This document shows, one piece after another, positions 48,305-61,335 of a stretch of 64,000 bases of DNA (the first letter of the stretch is position 1; each line of letters opens with the position of its first letter). The position numbers were made by a program, and so were the translations under genes. This stretch comes from Prorocentrum cordatum (Eukaryota), in contig CAUYUJ010000114.1 in NCBI GenBank assembly GCA_963575745.1, positions 372,001 to 436,000 of the forward strand, written 5' to 3'. The notes below the pieces were generated by a model, which did not search any database, was not told the DNA's origin, and saw only the letters and a program-made list of their open reading frames with translations.

Positions 48305-48880
48305 GGTCTTGCGCGCGCGAATGTCCACTTTACTTTTTTTTGCAAGGGAGTATTGAAATTTGATTATGTTAGAACAAGAAAAAGTAGCTCGCGCGAGCTC
48401 ATGTAACAGAAATGTTGAAAAACCATTGGTTTTGTGGGAGTCGGACAGCGCGCGCGGGATGAAATTTGGACATTTTTTTTTGAAAAACCATTGGGTTTTT
48501 GATGTTTTTATGTTGAAATCGTTACGAAACCTAAGGTTCTGGAAGGATTTCGTCTTGCGCGCGCGAATGTCCACTTTACCTTATTTTTTGCAAGGGATTA
48601 TTGAAATTTGATTATGTTAGAACAAGAAAAAGTAGCTCGCGCGAGCTCATGTAACATAAATGTTGAAAAACCATTGGTTTTGTGGGATTCGGACAGCGCG
48701 CGCGGAAGGACATTTTGACAATTTTTTCTTAAAAAACCATTGGGTTTTTGACGTTTTTATGTTAAAATCGCTACGAAACCTAAGGTTTTGGAAGGATTTC
48801 GTCTTGCGCGCACGAATGTCCACTTTACCTTATTTTTTGCAAGGGATTCTTGCAATTTGATCAAGTAAGAACAAGAATTT
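48305..48880. repeat. About 249-bp internal tandem repeat (2.3 copies)
   Basis: GCGCGC(G/A)CGAATGTCCACTTTAC at about 48311, 48557 and 48806; a single copy is present at about 46440-46690. Confidence 0.9.
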
Positions 48881-49948
48881 TCATTTTATAGTGTTTTTTG
48901 CAAGGGAAAACGGAGTACAACAAAACAACCGGATCCGGTAATAATTCACTTTTCTGAAGCTTTCGCTAAAAAATGATGAAAATGTAGCTGCGGCCTAGGT
49001 TTTGGAGGGGGGTCGCGCACCAGGGGTCCCAACAATAATTATTCTTTAGAAGTAATAATGTTCAACAACCACAACAACAACAACAACAACAACAAACATA
49101 AAGAAACGCCCCCTGACTATTTTTGGTATTTTTGGGGAAGTATGTGTTTATTTTTCGTCGAAATTCCCCTGTAGGGGGACAGGCCCGACTTCACTGTGGG
49201 AGTGTGTGCCGCGCCCGGGTCCCGGCACCCCCGAAAATCCCCCTCTGTAGGGGGGCACGCCCGAAAATCCTGGCATGCCACGCCCCCTGCAGGGGGACAG
49301 GCCCGAAAATCCATCCCTGCAGGGGGACAGGCCCGACTTCAACTGTGGGAGCGTGCCACGCCCGGATCCTTCTCCTCCTCCTCCTCCTCCTCCTCCTCCT
49401 CCTCCTCCTCCTCCTCCTCCTCCGCCTCCCCCTCACCCCCCGGCAAGGTGCCCCGCGCGCCTCCCCCCGCGAGCGGCGCGTGCCCGCCGCCTGGGCCCCG
49501 GGCGGCGCCGGGGGCGCCGCGGGCGGCGCCGGCGGGGCCGAGGCCGTGCCGCGGGCGCGCGCGGCGCCCTGGCGCTTCGTGGTGGCCACGGGCAGGGGGG
49601 GGAGGAGGGGAGGAGGAGAGAGGAGGGAGGAGAGGAGGGAGGAGGAGGGAGGAGGAGGAGGAGGAGGAGGAGGGAGGAGGAGGAGGGAGGAGGAGGGGGA
49701 GGGGAGGGGAGGAGGGGAGGGGGAGGGGGAGGGGGGGGGGGGGGGGAGGAGGACAAGCTAGGTGCGCTCGCGTCATATCTGACGTCCTACCCCTCCCTCC
49801 CATCCCTTACCATGGCGCTGATTTTCTCTATCCGCGGACGCGTGTCGTAGCGGACCTGTGGCTCCGCGCGCGCGTGCGTAGTGGGTGGTGGTGCGCGTGC
49901 GTGCGTGCGTGCGTGTGTGCGTGGTTGTGGTGGTGGTGCTGGTGCTGG

Positions 49949-50002
<54 letters not shown>

Positions 50003-50414
50003 TGCTGGTGCTGGTGCTGGTGGTGGTGGTGGTGGTGGTGGAAAGGGGGCGGGCGGATGGGCGCGCGAGAAAGAGGCCCGCGCTGGGGCGAGAACGCCAT
50101 CCTGAACGACGGAGGCCAAACACCGATCCGAAAATGAGGCCCACGCTGCAGCGGGAGCACGATTCGGAACGATTCGGGCGCAGAAATGAGGCCGGCGCCT
50201 CAGCGAGATCAGCATTTTGAAAAAAAAAAAAAACGCAAGCGAAAACCCGTTCCCCGGGAATCTTGTGTGTAAAAAACAGTACGAGGGGGGGGTCGGATAT
50301 CTTCGGGACGCCATCAGGGGAAGTGGGATAATATCTTCTTAATGTGTAATTGTGGTGGAGGAGGAGGAGGAGGAGGAGGAGGACGAGGAGGGGGAGGAGG
50401 AGGAGGAGGAGGAG

Positions 50415-51545
50415 GGGGCAGAGGGTCGGGTGGTTCGGATGCAGCTCCTGGGAGGTCAGATTCTGGTTTAGTCCTGTCCCGCTTAATCCCGCTGAATCCG
50501 GCTTGATCCCGCTTGGTCCCGCTGACTCCGGCTTAATCCCGTTTAATCCCGCTTAATATCGCTTCATCCCGCTTAATCTCGTGATGGCCACGGGCAGGGG
50601 TCGGCACCGACGAAGTGTGATGGCTCATGGCTAAGTCTTCGAAAGTTTCTTGAAATTTTAGGGGGGCCAAGATGCTTTCATGGCGCCTCGTGGTGGCCAC
50701 GGGCGGGGGGCAGAGGGTCGGGTGGTTCGGATGCAGCTCCTGGGAGGTCAGATTCTGGTTTAGCCCCGTCTCGAAGTCCCGCTGAAATCCGGCTTAATCC
50801 CGCTTGATCCCGCTTAATCTGGCTCAATCCCGTTTAATCCCGCTTAATCCCGCTTCATCCCGCTTAATCTCGTGGTGGCCACGGGCAGGGGTCGGCGCGG
50901 ACGAATTGGGATTGCTCATGGCTAAGTCTTCGGAAGTTCTTTGTTTTTTGGGGGGGCCAAGAGGTGCTTTCGTTTCTAACACCTTTGTGGGCCCCAGAAA
51001 CGCCAGGGCCGTTTGTTCCACCGTTTCTTCAAAAATGTCATTTGAAAATGGAGGAATGGGCAGGGGGCAGAGGGTCGGGTGGTTCGGATGCAGCTCCTGG
51101 GAGGTCAGATTCTGGTTTAGCACTGTCTCGAAATCCCGCTCAAATCCGGCTTACTCCCGCCTGATCCCGCTGAATCCGGCTTAATCCCGTGTAATCCCGC
51201 TTAGGGTCGGCCCGGACGAAGTGGGATGGCTCATGTCTAAGTCTTCGAAAGTTCTTTGATTTTTTTGGGGGGCCAAGAGGTGCTTTCATTTCTAATACCT
51301 TTTGTGGGCCCCGGAAACGGCAGGGCCGTTGTTTCACCGCTTCCCCCAAAAATGTCCCTTGAAAATGGAGGAACGGGCAGGGGGCAGAGGGTCGGGTGGT
51401 TCGGATGCAGCTCCTGGGAGGTCAGATTCTGATTTAGCCCTGTCTCGAAATCCCGCTCAAATCCGGCTTCACCCCGTTTGGTTCCGCTGAATCCGGCTCA
51501 ATTCCGTTCAATCCCGCTAAATCCCGCTTGATCCGAGGCCCACTT
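50415..51545 (+). repeat. Complex tandem repeat (about 290-360-bp units) containing a 10-bp TTAATCCCGC sub-array
   Basis: GGGCAGAGGGTCGGGTGGTTCGGATGCAGCTCCTGGGAGGTCAGATTCTG at about 50416, 50708, 51065 and 51382; a fragment also lies at about 33740-33850. Confidence 0.9.
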
Positions 51546-51893
51546 TGGCTTAACAGCCCCCCAATGGGGCTTAATCCTCCTTAGTCCTTCCGACGAAAAC
51601 CTCCCAGTAGTTGCCTCCTGAGGGTGGTGGTTAACAAAAACCGGGGCCTTTTTTGTTCTGTTTTGGCCCGGACGAGAGGGGGGGGATTGGCAAAGACCAG
51701 ACGGCGGCCGCCTCATCAGGACCCTCAGGACCCTCGTCCTTCTTCTCCTCCTCCTCCTCATCCCCCTCCCCCTCCTTCGTATTCTCCTCCTCCTCCTCCT
51801 CCTCCTCCTGCACGTGCACGAATCCACGCTGATTTCGAGAGTTCGCATTGCGCGAATGTTCGTACCACGTGGCCGGTCTCGCGGGTTAGAGGG

Positions 51894-52087
51894 TCGGGCC
51901 GGACGAAAGGGGGGGATGGGGAAAGGGGGGGTACGAAATCTGCTGCATGCAGCTGGTTTCGGACCCAGCGAGGGGCCCCTTCCTCGATACATAGCCACCT
52001 CTGGCGCCTGGAGGCGCCGGGAACATCAGCTGCGTGAGCTGATTCTCAAACCCCCTCTTTGCTATCCCCCCCTTTCGCCCGGCCCGA
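51894..52087. mobile_element. MITE with TCGGGC..GACGAAAGGGGGGG ends; related copy at about 7588-7793
   Basis: Inverted termini TCGGGCCGGACGAAAGGGGGGGAT / ATCCCCCCCTTTCGCCCGGCCCGA. Confidence 0.7.
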
Positions 52088-53399
52088 AGGGGGCAGAGGG
52101 TCGGGTGGTGATTAACAAACACGGGGGGGCGTGCTTTGTTTCGTTCTGTTTTGTTTTTTTGTCGGTGTTTAGTGTTTTGTCCTTGCTTCCTTGTTTTCCA
52201 GAGCGACCTGTGTTGGTCCGTGTTTGTGCTGTGTCCGTTTTGGGGTTCTCGTTCGCGCCGTTGTCGTTTCGGTTCCGTGTTGTACTGCGGGGTTGTATGT
52301 TTTGGGTTGTCGTTCCCCCCCCTTCTGGGTCGGCCGCAAGCCGAAGAGCTGAAAGCGGACAAAAAACGCCCCAGCGTTTTTCACACCAGGGAAGGGCAGG
52401 GGGGGGATTGGCAAGGCTTCGGGCTGCGCACATTTAGGCCTCCGAGATGGGTCAAGGCGGAGTTTGGGGTCACTGGCGATTGTTGACGTGCCCGTCTTGA
52501 GTTTTAACGGCTCAGTTTTCGTGGGATGTTTGTAGCGAGAGTTCGCGTCAAATTGCAGATTGTGTCTCGTTATTTTCCTGATGGCCACGTCAGGCCAACC
52601 CGAATCCCCCGAACCCGACTCTTGTGTCTCTCCGACTGGTGTCAGAGCAGATGGGGTCGGAAGATGGTGCCGCCTCGCTGATGCATCGACGATATGGCTC
52701 GATGGGGACCCCAATTTTCTTCACTCGGACGTTGCCGATGTGTCGCCGACGTCGCCGATGCATCGTCGATGCATCGTGGTGGCCAGGGGCAGCGGCAGGG
52801 AGGGGAGGGGACTGGCCTGTCGGTTGGTTGGTTCTTTGACCAGGGAGGATTACAAAGCTGGCCCGAGGCACAAGAAGTCCCCCTCTCCGCTTCTCGTCCT
52901 CCTTCGGGTGAAGATGTGACCGGGGCGCCGCCAGAGGAGTGACGCCTGCTTTCGCGTGTTGTCCCACGCCTCTTCCCTGCTCCTGTGCCCGATTTCCTCA
53001 GACGGGAAAGACCCAAGCCGTTGCCGAATGGGATCGTAAGCTTCAGTTGGGCCTGTCCCCCTACAAGGGGATTCTCGGCGAAAAATACAAAATGCACCAA
53101 ACATAGTTTAAAAATGGTCCAAAAATAGTCTGGGGACTATTTTTGGATGATATTTTCTGATCTTTTTGTGGGCATTTTTGGAGTATTTCTTATGTTTCGT
53201 CGAAAATCCCCCTGTAGGGGGACAGGCCCGACTTTAGCCTTGACGGCCCCCCCGGGGCCGCCTTGGCTGGCCTCAGCAGGTCCCCCAGAGGCAGTCTGGG
53301 GCGGCCCCCACAGCCAGGCGCCGCCTCCAGCGGCGCCTCCCGGGGTGCCTTTGGTGCGCCATGGCCAGGGTGCTGGCACCGCGGCGAGCATCGGAGGAA

Positions 53400-53980
53400 G
53401 ACAAGGTTTAGGTCGGGCCTGTCCCCCTACGGGGGGAGCTTCGACGAAACAGAAAAAAATGTCCCCAAACATAGTCAACAAATGGTCCAAAAATGGTATG
53501 GGGACTTTTTTTTGATTGTTTTTTGATATGTTGGGGGCATTTTGGGGGTATGTTTCATTTTTCGTCGAAAATTCCTTGTAGGGGAGGAGGACAAGGTTTA
53601 AGTCGGGCCTGTCACCCTACGGGGGGAGTTTCGACGAAGCGTAAAACAAATACCCCAAACATAGTCAAACAATTGTCCCAAAATAGTCTGGGGACTATTT
53701 CTGGATTATTTTTTGATCTTTTTGGGGCATTTTGGGGGTATTTTTTTCCGTCCCAAATCCCCCTCTAGGGGGAGGAAGACAAGGTTTAAGTCGGGCCTGT
53801 CCCCCTACGGGGGGAGTTTCGACGAAACAGAAAAATACCCCAACCATAATCAAACAATTGTCCCAAAACAGTCTGGGGACTAATTTTGACATATGTTTTG
53901 ATCTTTTTGGGGCATTTTGGGGGTATTTTTCATTTTTCGTCCAAAATCCCCTTGTAGGGGGACACGCCCGACATAAGACA
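53400..53980. repeat. Head-to-tail trimer of family-A MITE units (about 190 bp)
   Basis: ACAAGGTTTA(G/A)GTCGGGCCTGTC recurs at about 53401, 53591 and 53779. Confidence 0.85.
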
Positions 53981-54734
53981 AGGTACCGGTACCGCCGCCC
54001 CTGCCTCGGTTTCGCCTTTTTGGGGCCTCCTGGGAGGCCGTCGTCGCCGCGGCCGGATTCGCCTCGACGTTCTGGTCGGAACGCGCCTTCGGAGAGGTCT
54101 GGGGTGCGCTCTGATCAGGGGCAGCGGTGCTGAGTGACAGGTTCTGAGGAACGATCGCCGTCAGAGGCCCGATTGCCCACCCCGCCCAGGAACGTGCGGA
54201 TTCGCTGTCGGTACCTATCGCCGATCAATCGGCAGTGGATCGCCTATTCCATCTCGATGTTCTCCCCCCCGAGCCGGTCCCCCTAGCTTAGCGCCTCACA
54301 GGGGGAGGAAAGGAGGAGCTACGACTCGATTCGGACAAACACACTGGCTGCAGAGCCTCCAAACCCTCGAGACAGACCGACGCACACGACGTGCGAGAGT
54401 GAAGTTGCGACGGTCCGCCGCATTCCGAGGTCGCGCGCAGGTCGAGTTCAATTAGTGCAGAAAAGAAACCGTGAGACAGGTCGAGAGAAATAGAGAGAGA
54501 GAGAGAAAGAGAGAGATACATACCGAACAAGAAGAAAAGGTCAAGAGGAAGAGGGCGCAACGCGAAACCAAGAGAGAGAGAGAGAGAGAAGAAGACAGGG
54601 AAACAAGCATCCTGCTGCGGTGCCCCATTTGCGTCGCCTCGCGAGCTGCGCGGGCGCGCCTAGGTCGAAGCCAAGGGTTCGCAGGGATGTGGTGAACCGA
54701 AGCCAGAGCAGTCCTTGGCGGCCGAGCCGCGAGT

Positions 54735-55120
54735 GGCATGGTGCACTTGGTTTTGATGCCACAGTTGCGTTTGCATGCCTCCGCCGTGCACCATGCCGAA
54801 CGCCATGTACTTGCAGTAACTAGGGCCACGCTTCACGTGCGTGGGTGCGGGCTCGAAGACGGACATGGTGATTTCCTCCGCCGGCAGCTGCGCTTGGTGC
54901 GCCATCTCCGCAGAATTCCTGCGCGCGTGGCTCGAGAGCATGAAGTGGACGCGCGAGTAGGGCGCCACATAGGTCTGGAACTCGGTGATGTCCACGTTTA
55001 GGGCGAAGCGCAACGACACAGTCAGCGAGGATAATATCTGAGAAAGACCTGTTCAACTCGATGTATGCAGGACGCTCGATGTCCAGGCTGTGGTAGCACA
55101 TATAGTACATTGCTTGGTTG
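54735..55120 (-). pseudogene. TUA: Decayed, frameshifted alpha-tubulin fragment (roughly residues 205-340)
   Basis: NQAMYYMCYHSLDIERPAYIELNR / [30 protein letters not shown]...EITMSVFEPA...KYMA / IKTKCT corresponds to alpha-tubulin NEAIYDICRRxLDIERPTYTNLNR / [27 protein letters not shown]...EITxSxFEPA...KYMA / IKTKRT. Frameshifts near 55020 and 54775; no introns. Confidence 0.9.
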
Positions 55121-55494
55121 CTGTGCTGGATGATCACGTTCCGGGAGAGCGCGCGCGCAAAACCATGGGTTGTTTTCATCCAGCTCCATGAACATCCCGG
55201 GCCCCCGCCAGGACCCGTGCTTAGCCGTCAGGGGCGGAGCGGGGACAGTCGGTGGGAGGGAAGAGAAACAATTTCAGAATGCGCTCTTGCCGCCAGAACT
55301 ACGTCTGAGCCGAGATGCGGCTATACACATACATGTATATGTATATGTGTCTATATATATATATACACATATATGTGTATACGCATGTATTTAAAAGATA
55401 GCCTGGCGAAAGACCCGACCATGTGCATTCATGAGCGCCGTCGTTGTGAGTATCACCGTTGGTGGATCTCCTACTAAGGCCACGAGCCGCTGGA

Positions 55495-57615
55495 AGGATG
55501 TGCCGACATCGGACAGGGCCGCCGTGCCGCCGCCGTCCACGGGGCCGTAGTCCACATGGGGCCACGAAACGCGTGAGGGTCGCGTGCCGAAATAGGTGGC
55601 GGGAGCGCATGCGGGCTGCGCCTTTGGCAATGGGGCTTGCGGTGGCGCTCCCCATGGGGCCACGAATCGTGTGAGGGGCGTGTCGACGTTGGTGGTTAGG
55701 ACGCAGGTGGGCTGCGCCATTGGAGCTTCCGGTGGAGCTCGCTGTGGGGTTGCGAGACGTGTGGGGGGTCTACCGAAGTCGGTGGCTGGGACGCATGCGG
55801 GCTGCGCCGCTGGGGCCTTTGGGTGGATTCCCTATGGGGTCACGAAACGTGTGATGGGTGTGCCGAAATGCGTGGCTGAAACGCATTCGGGCTGCGCCGC
55901 TGGGGCCTTCGTTGGAGCTCCATATGGGGCCACGAGACGTGCGAGTGGTGCGTGCCGCAATAAGTGGTTGGGACGCTCGTGGACTGCGCTACTGTGGTCT
56001 TCGGCGGAGTTCCCTATGGCGCCGCGAAACGTGTGAGAATTGTGCCGGCATGCGCGGCTGGGACGCATGCGGGTTGCGCCTCGGGGGCCTTCGGTGAAGT
56101 TCCATATGGGGTCACGAAGCGTGCGGGGGGTCAGCCGAAATAGGTGGCTAGGACGCACGCGGGCTGCGCCAATTGGGTTTTTGGTGGAGCTCACTATGGG
56201 GCCACGGAGCGGGTGAGGGCTGTGTGCCGACATGCGTAGCTGAGACGCATGCGGGTAGCGCCGCTGGGTTTTTTGGTGGAGTTCTCATGGGGCCATGAAA
56301 CTTGTAAGGGGGCAGCCGACATGCGTGGCTGTGGCGCATGCGGGCTGCGCCATTAGGGTCTTCGGTGGAGCTCCCTATGGGCCACGAAACGTACAAAGGG
56401 TGTGCCGAAATGGGTGGCTGTGACGCATGCGGGCTGCGCCACTGTGGTCTTCGGTGGAGCTCCCGTTGGGGCAACGAAGCGTGTGAGGAGTGTGCCGACA
56501 TGCAAGGCTGAGACGCATGCGGGCTGCGCCGCTGGGGCCTTCGATTGAGCTCCCGATGGGGCCACGAAGCGTGTCAAGGGTTTGCGGACATGGGTGGCTA
56601 GGACGCGTGCCGGTTGCGCCATTTGGGCTTTCGGTGGAGCTCCCTATGGGGCCACGAAACGTGTGGGGTGTGTGCCGACATGGCTGGTTAGGACGCAGGT
56701 GGGCTGCGCCATTGGGGCCTTCGGTGGAACTCCTTTTGGGGCAACGAATCGTGTGTGGGGTCTAAAACCGAAATCGGTGGCTGAGTTGCATGCGGGTTGC
56801 GCCGCTGGGGCCTTCGGTGGAGCTCGCTATGGGGCCACGAAGCGTGCGAGTGGTGTGTGCCGATATACGTTGTTGGGACGCACGCGGGCTGCGCCATTTG
56901 GGTTTTCGGTGGGCCACGAAGCGAGTGCGCCACCAGGGCCTTCGGTTGAGCTTCATATGGAGTCACGAAACGTGTAAAGGGTGTGCATACGTGCGTGGCT
57001 GGGACGCATGCGGGCTGCGCCACCAGGGCCTTCGGTGGAGATCCCGATGGGGCCAAGAACTGTGTCAAGAGTTTGCGGACATGGGCAGCTAGAACGCATG
57101 CAGGGTGCGCCATTCGGGCCTTCGGTGGAGCTCCCTATGGGGCCACGAAATGTGTGGTGTGTTTGTGTGCGCCGGAATTGGTGGCTAGGACGCAGGTGGG
57201 CTGCGGCATTGTGGCCTTCGGTGGAGCTCGCTATGGGGTCACCCAGCGTGTAAAGGGTGTGCCGACATGGGTGACTGGGACGCACGCGGGCTACGCCACT
57301 GGGGCCTTCGGTGCAGCGACCTGTGGAACCACGAAGCGGGTGAAGGGTGTGCCGAGTGTAGTTGCTGGGACGCACGCGGGTTGCGCCATTGGGTCCTTCT
57401 GTGCTCCCGATGGGGCCTCGAAGCGTGTCAGGGATGTGCCGGCAGTGGTGGCTGGGACGCATTCGGGCTGCGCCACTGGGGCCTTCGGTGGAGCCCCCTA
57501 TGGCGCCACGCAGCGTGTGAGAGGTGAGCCGGAATTGGTGGCTGGGATGATGCGGGCTGCGCCACTGGGGGTTTTGGTGGGGCTCCCCTGGGGCCACGAA
57601 GTGTGTGAGGGGCGC
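55495..57615 (+). repeat. About 89-bp diverged tandem satellite (about 24 units)
   Basis: GGGACGCATGCGGGCTGCGCCACTGGGGCCTTCGGTGGAGCTCCCTATGGGGCCACGAA.CGTGTG recurs about every 88-90 bp. Confidence 0.95.
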
Positions 57616-60301
57616 GTCAGCCATCATGATGACGATAATGGGGACGATGACGTGACTTCGGTGGTGATGATGTGATGCTGATGCTAATGATGTCAATGAT
57701 GATGATGATGATGGTGATGATGAAGATGATGCTGATGCTGATGCTGGTGATGACGATGATGACGATGATGGCGATGATGATGATGGTGATGATGAAGAAG
57801 ATGATGATGCCTATGATGCTTTGATCAGGAGGAAGGGGAGGAGGGGGAGGAGGAAGATGGAGACCGCGGGGCGCTGAATCTTCAAAACGAGGACCCAACA
57901 CCACAGGATGGTTGGGGAGAAACGCCTGAGCGCGCAATTAGATTGTTCTTGTGAAGCAGTCACATCTTCTTCACAATTTTCCTCACACGCGACCAAGCGG
58001 GCCTCTCGCGCGCGCATATCGGAATCATTCGAACGCTCTTGCGCGCGGGCGGGGGAGGGGGGGGCCCGACCCCTGTCAAATAATGCCATGCGGGCCACTC
58101 GCGCGCGTCGGCCGCACGCGCTCGTCGAAATCCTTCCAACGCCTTCATCGCCGACGCGTGGACATCATTATCGTCACCAGCGTGATGAGCATCGGCGCCG
58201 TCATCGACCTTGCCATCGTCATCGTCGTCGTTCGCATCGCTGCAGTCATCATCGTGTCTGCGGTTGTCGAGAGGGATATGCCGAAACGGGAGGCCCCCAG
58301 AAAACCCAAAACAGTTCCCAAACTAGCCTCCAAGATATCTTGAAGCCCCCGAAAAGCCCCCAGGAGACCCCCAGGATACAAAATTGTGTTCCGAGAGGCT
58401 TCCAAAGAGACACGAGATACGTCCATGAGGCCTTTGGCCCACAACCCAGGCTTATTCCCGTGATCGGCCCCGAAGCACTGTCAAGGCTGCTCCAAAGAGC
58501 CCTGGATCGCCCCCAAGATGGTCTCGAGGAGCCTCCGAAGGCCCCAAGAAATCCAGGAATTTTGGGTTTGGGTTAGATGCTCATTCCTTCAGGACTCAGG
58601 ACAGAGAATTCATGCGCGAACCAAGCATGTCCATCTCTCGTTCAAGATCCGTGTGGGGTAAATACTGCTCGGGGATTCAGTTGCGTGGCGCGAAGCAGCG
58701 CCTTTCACGCAGCAATTTCCAGCGAGCTGCAGCCCAAGGCAGCAGCTCATGTGCAGCGCTGGCCGCTGCATCCCCAGCACCTTCTCCTGAGAGCAAGCGA
58801 GAGGAGATCCCCGCGGCAGAGCTATCATAGAGAAACAACATGGCGGGCGGACGGACGACGGGCGACGGGACCGCCCATGGGGGAGGGGACCTAGGGTGGC
58901 CCTGGGTTGGCCCATTTTTGCCAAACTCCCCCCGTCGCAACCCCCTTGGCCCCCCCTTGGCTCCGGGATCCGCTTTGCGGTCTGTGGGTGACTCTTTCGG
59001 CCTGGAGAGGGCTGCGAGCTGGTTCAGGAGGACGCCCGCTTGCCGCCAAGATGGCCCCTTCGTGGTCCAAGACGCTCCAAGATGTTACAAGGCGGCCCCC
59101 ACGGGCCACAAGATGCCCCAGCGGAGCTCCCAAAATGCCCTCCCAAATGACCCGAGAGCCATAAACGCAAAAGCCATTCAGGTTACGCCATATTCAGTAA
59201 ATATCACGCTCGTCTCCTTCGGATGGCTTCTGGAGAGCTTCACATGGCGCCGAGGCTCGAGACGGCCCCACAACTTCGAAGAAGAGCCCAAGAGGGCGCC
59301 AAGCGGGCCCCACGGCCTTCAAGGCAGCCCGAACAGGAAGATCCACAAGAGATCCGTACATTTCAAGCCAGCCTTTTTCATATTATATATCTCCCCACGC
59401 CGGCCCTGAGCAGCTCGAAGCCCCCGCATAATCCCAAGCAGGAGGAGGCCATCGACAAGAACGGGAAACGAAAAGCGAGAACAACCGAGAGAGAATGGAG
59501 GGTTCACGAGGAAGGATGTATGAGGAATATTGGAGGACGCGGTAAGGCAAGGCATAGAAAGAGCCGGTCCGAAAAGCACGCACAGGTAACAATGCCATGG
59601 CATGCGCTAGAACCCAAGCGCGCGCGAAGCGCGCGCGCGCGGGTAACACAATATAGATCGCACCACAAATAGTTGCCACATCAATTGCGCAACATTTGTC
59701 TCCCCTCAATTGCACCACACATTGCAATGCAGATATTATATTACATAGATTGCACCTCGTACATTGCCCCCTTTTTATTGCGCATCATATGTTGCACCAC
59801 ATAGGTTGCACACCAGGGATCGCACTCGCACGGCATCTCTTGCACAACATCGATGTCACAACATAGATCACATCACACAGGTCGCACCACATATTGCACC
59901 GCATATGTTACGTCACGTGTGTTCTGCCCATACATTGTTCCACATGTATTGCACACCAGAGGTTGATACAAGCACCCTGTTTGGGGCCCACGATGGATCG
60001 GAGGTGAGGGGGTGAGATCGAAGTGGAGCGGAGAGCCCCCCCACCGGGAAATCGGTTTCGGTTTCGTGTTCGTCCGTGCCGTGCGTGCGGGCGAGGCGAA
60101 GCTGCGTGGGCGGGCGAGAAGAAAGTCTCCTCCGGCTGAGTCGCGGCTGGACCAAATGATTCCTCTCTGGGGGCCGGTGCCGCGCGGTGTCCCGCCGGTG
60201 TCCCGCCTCTGGCTGAGGCGCGGCCGGACCAAATGTTTCTTTTCCGGGAGCCGGTGCCGCGCGGTGTCCCGCGGGTGTCCCGCCGGTGCCCCGTCGGTGT
60301 A

Positions 60302-60308
60302 ATGATTG

Positions 60309-60358
<50 letters not shown>

Positions 60359-61015
60359 TCGATGATGTTGATGATGATGATGATGATGATGGTGATGGTG
60401 ATGGTGATGATGATGGTGTCTCGATGATGATGATGATGATGTTGACGATGTTGTTGATGATGATGTTGATGGTGGTGATGATGACTGTGTCCCGATGATG
60501 GTGATGGTGATGATCATGGTGTTGCTGATGATGATGATGATAGTGTCCCGATGATGGTGATGATGTTGATGATCTTGATGATGATGAGGATGATGATGAT
60601 GAGATGATGATGAGATGATGATGATGATGATGATGATGATGGTGTCCCGATGATGATGATCAGGTTGATGATGATGTTATTGATGATGGTGATGGTGTCC
60701 CGATGGTGATGATGATCCTGATGATGTTGATGATGATGACGATGATGGTGTCCCGGTGATGATGATGTTGATGCTGAGGATGATGATGAGGTGATGGTGG
60801 AGATTTTGATGATGGTGGCCTGATGAGGGTGAGGATGATGATGCTGATGTTGTTGATGATGAGGATGATGATGGTGTCCCGATGTTGATGATGGGGATGA
60901 TGATGGTGACGATGATGATGGTGTCCCGATGATGATGATGTTGATGATGATATGGTTGCTGATGATGATGGTGTCCCGATGATGATGCTGTTGATGATGT
61001 TGTTCATGATGATGA

Positions 61016-61064
<49 letters not shown>

Positions 61065-61182
61065 GTGATGGTGGTGGTGGTGGTGGTGTTCCGATGATGA
61101 TGATGACGATGATATCCCGAATACGATGATGCTGATGACGATGGTGACGATGCTGGTGTCCCGATGTTGATGATGGTGATGG

Positions 61183-61223
<41 letters not shown>

Positions 61224-61227
61224 ATGT

Positions 61228-61268
<41 letters not shown>

Positions 61269-61335
61269 TCCCGATGATTATGATGATGTTGACGTCGTTG
61301 CTCACGATGATGTTGATGCTGTTGATGACGTTGAT
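60302..61335 (+). repeat. Degenerate (GAT)n tract punctuated by GGTGTCCCGATG; further (GAT/ATC)n tracts at 9698-9875, 45535-45700 and 57625-57820
   Basis: Directly visible in the sequence. Confidence 0.95.

Larger units (their letters stand above)
46100..49096 (+). mobile_element. Stack of three (AAC)n-bounded non-coding elements (about 46100-46930, 46931-47906, 47907-49096)
   Basis: Each unit ends GCACC..GG..CAACAATAAT(T)ATTCTT..AA.....GTTC(AAC)n. Units 1 and 3 share about 175 bp at their 5' ends (46122-46298 and 47929-48105) plus their internal and 3' sequence. Confidence 0.75.

Noticed and set aside
55596..57696. ORFs with MRAAPLGPSVELPMGPRNV repeats
   Set aside because: The unit length varies (about 88-96 bp) and does not preserve frame; this is satellite DNA.
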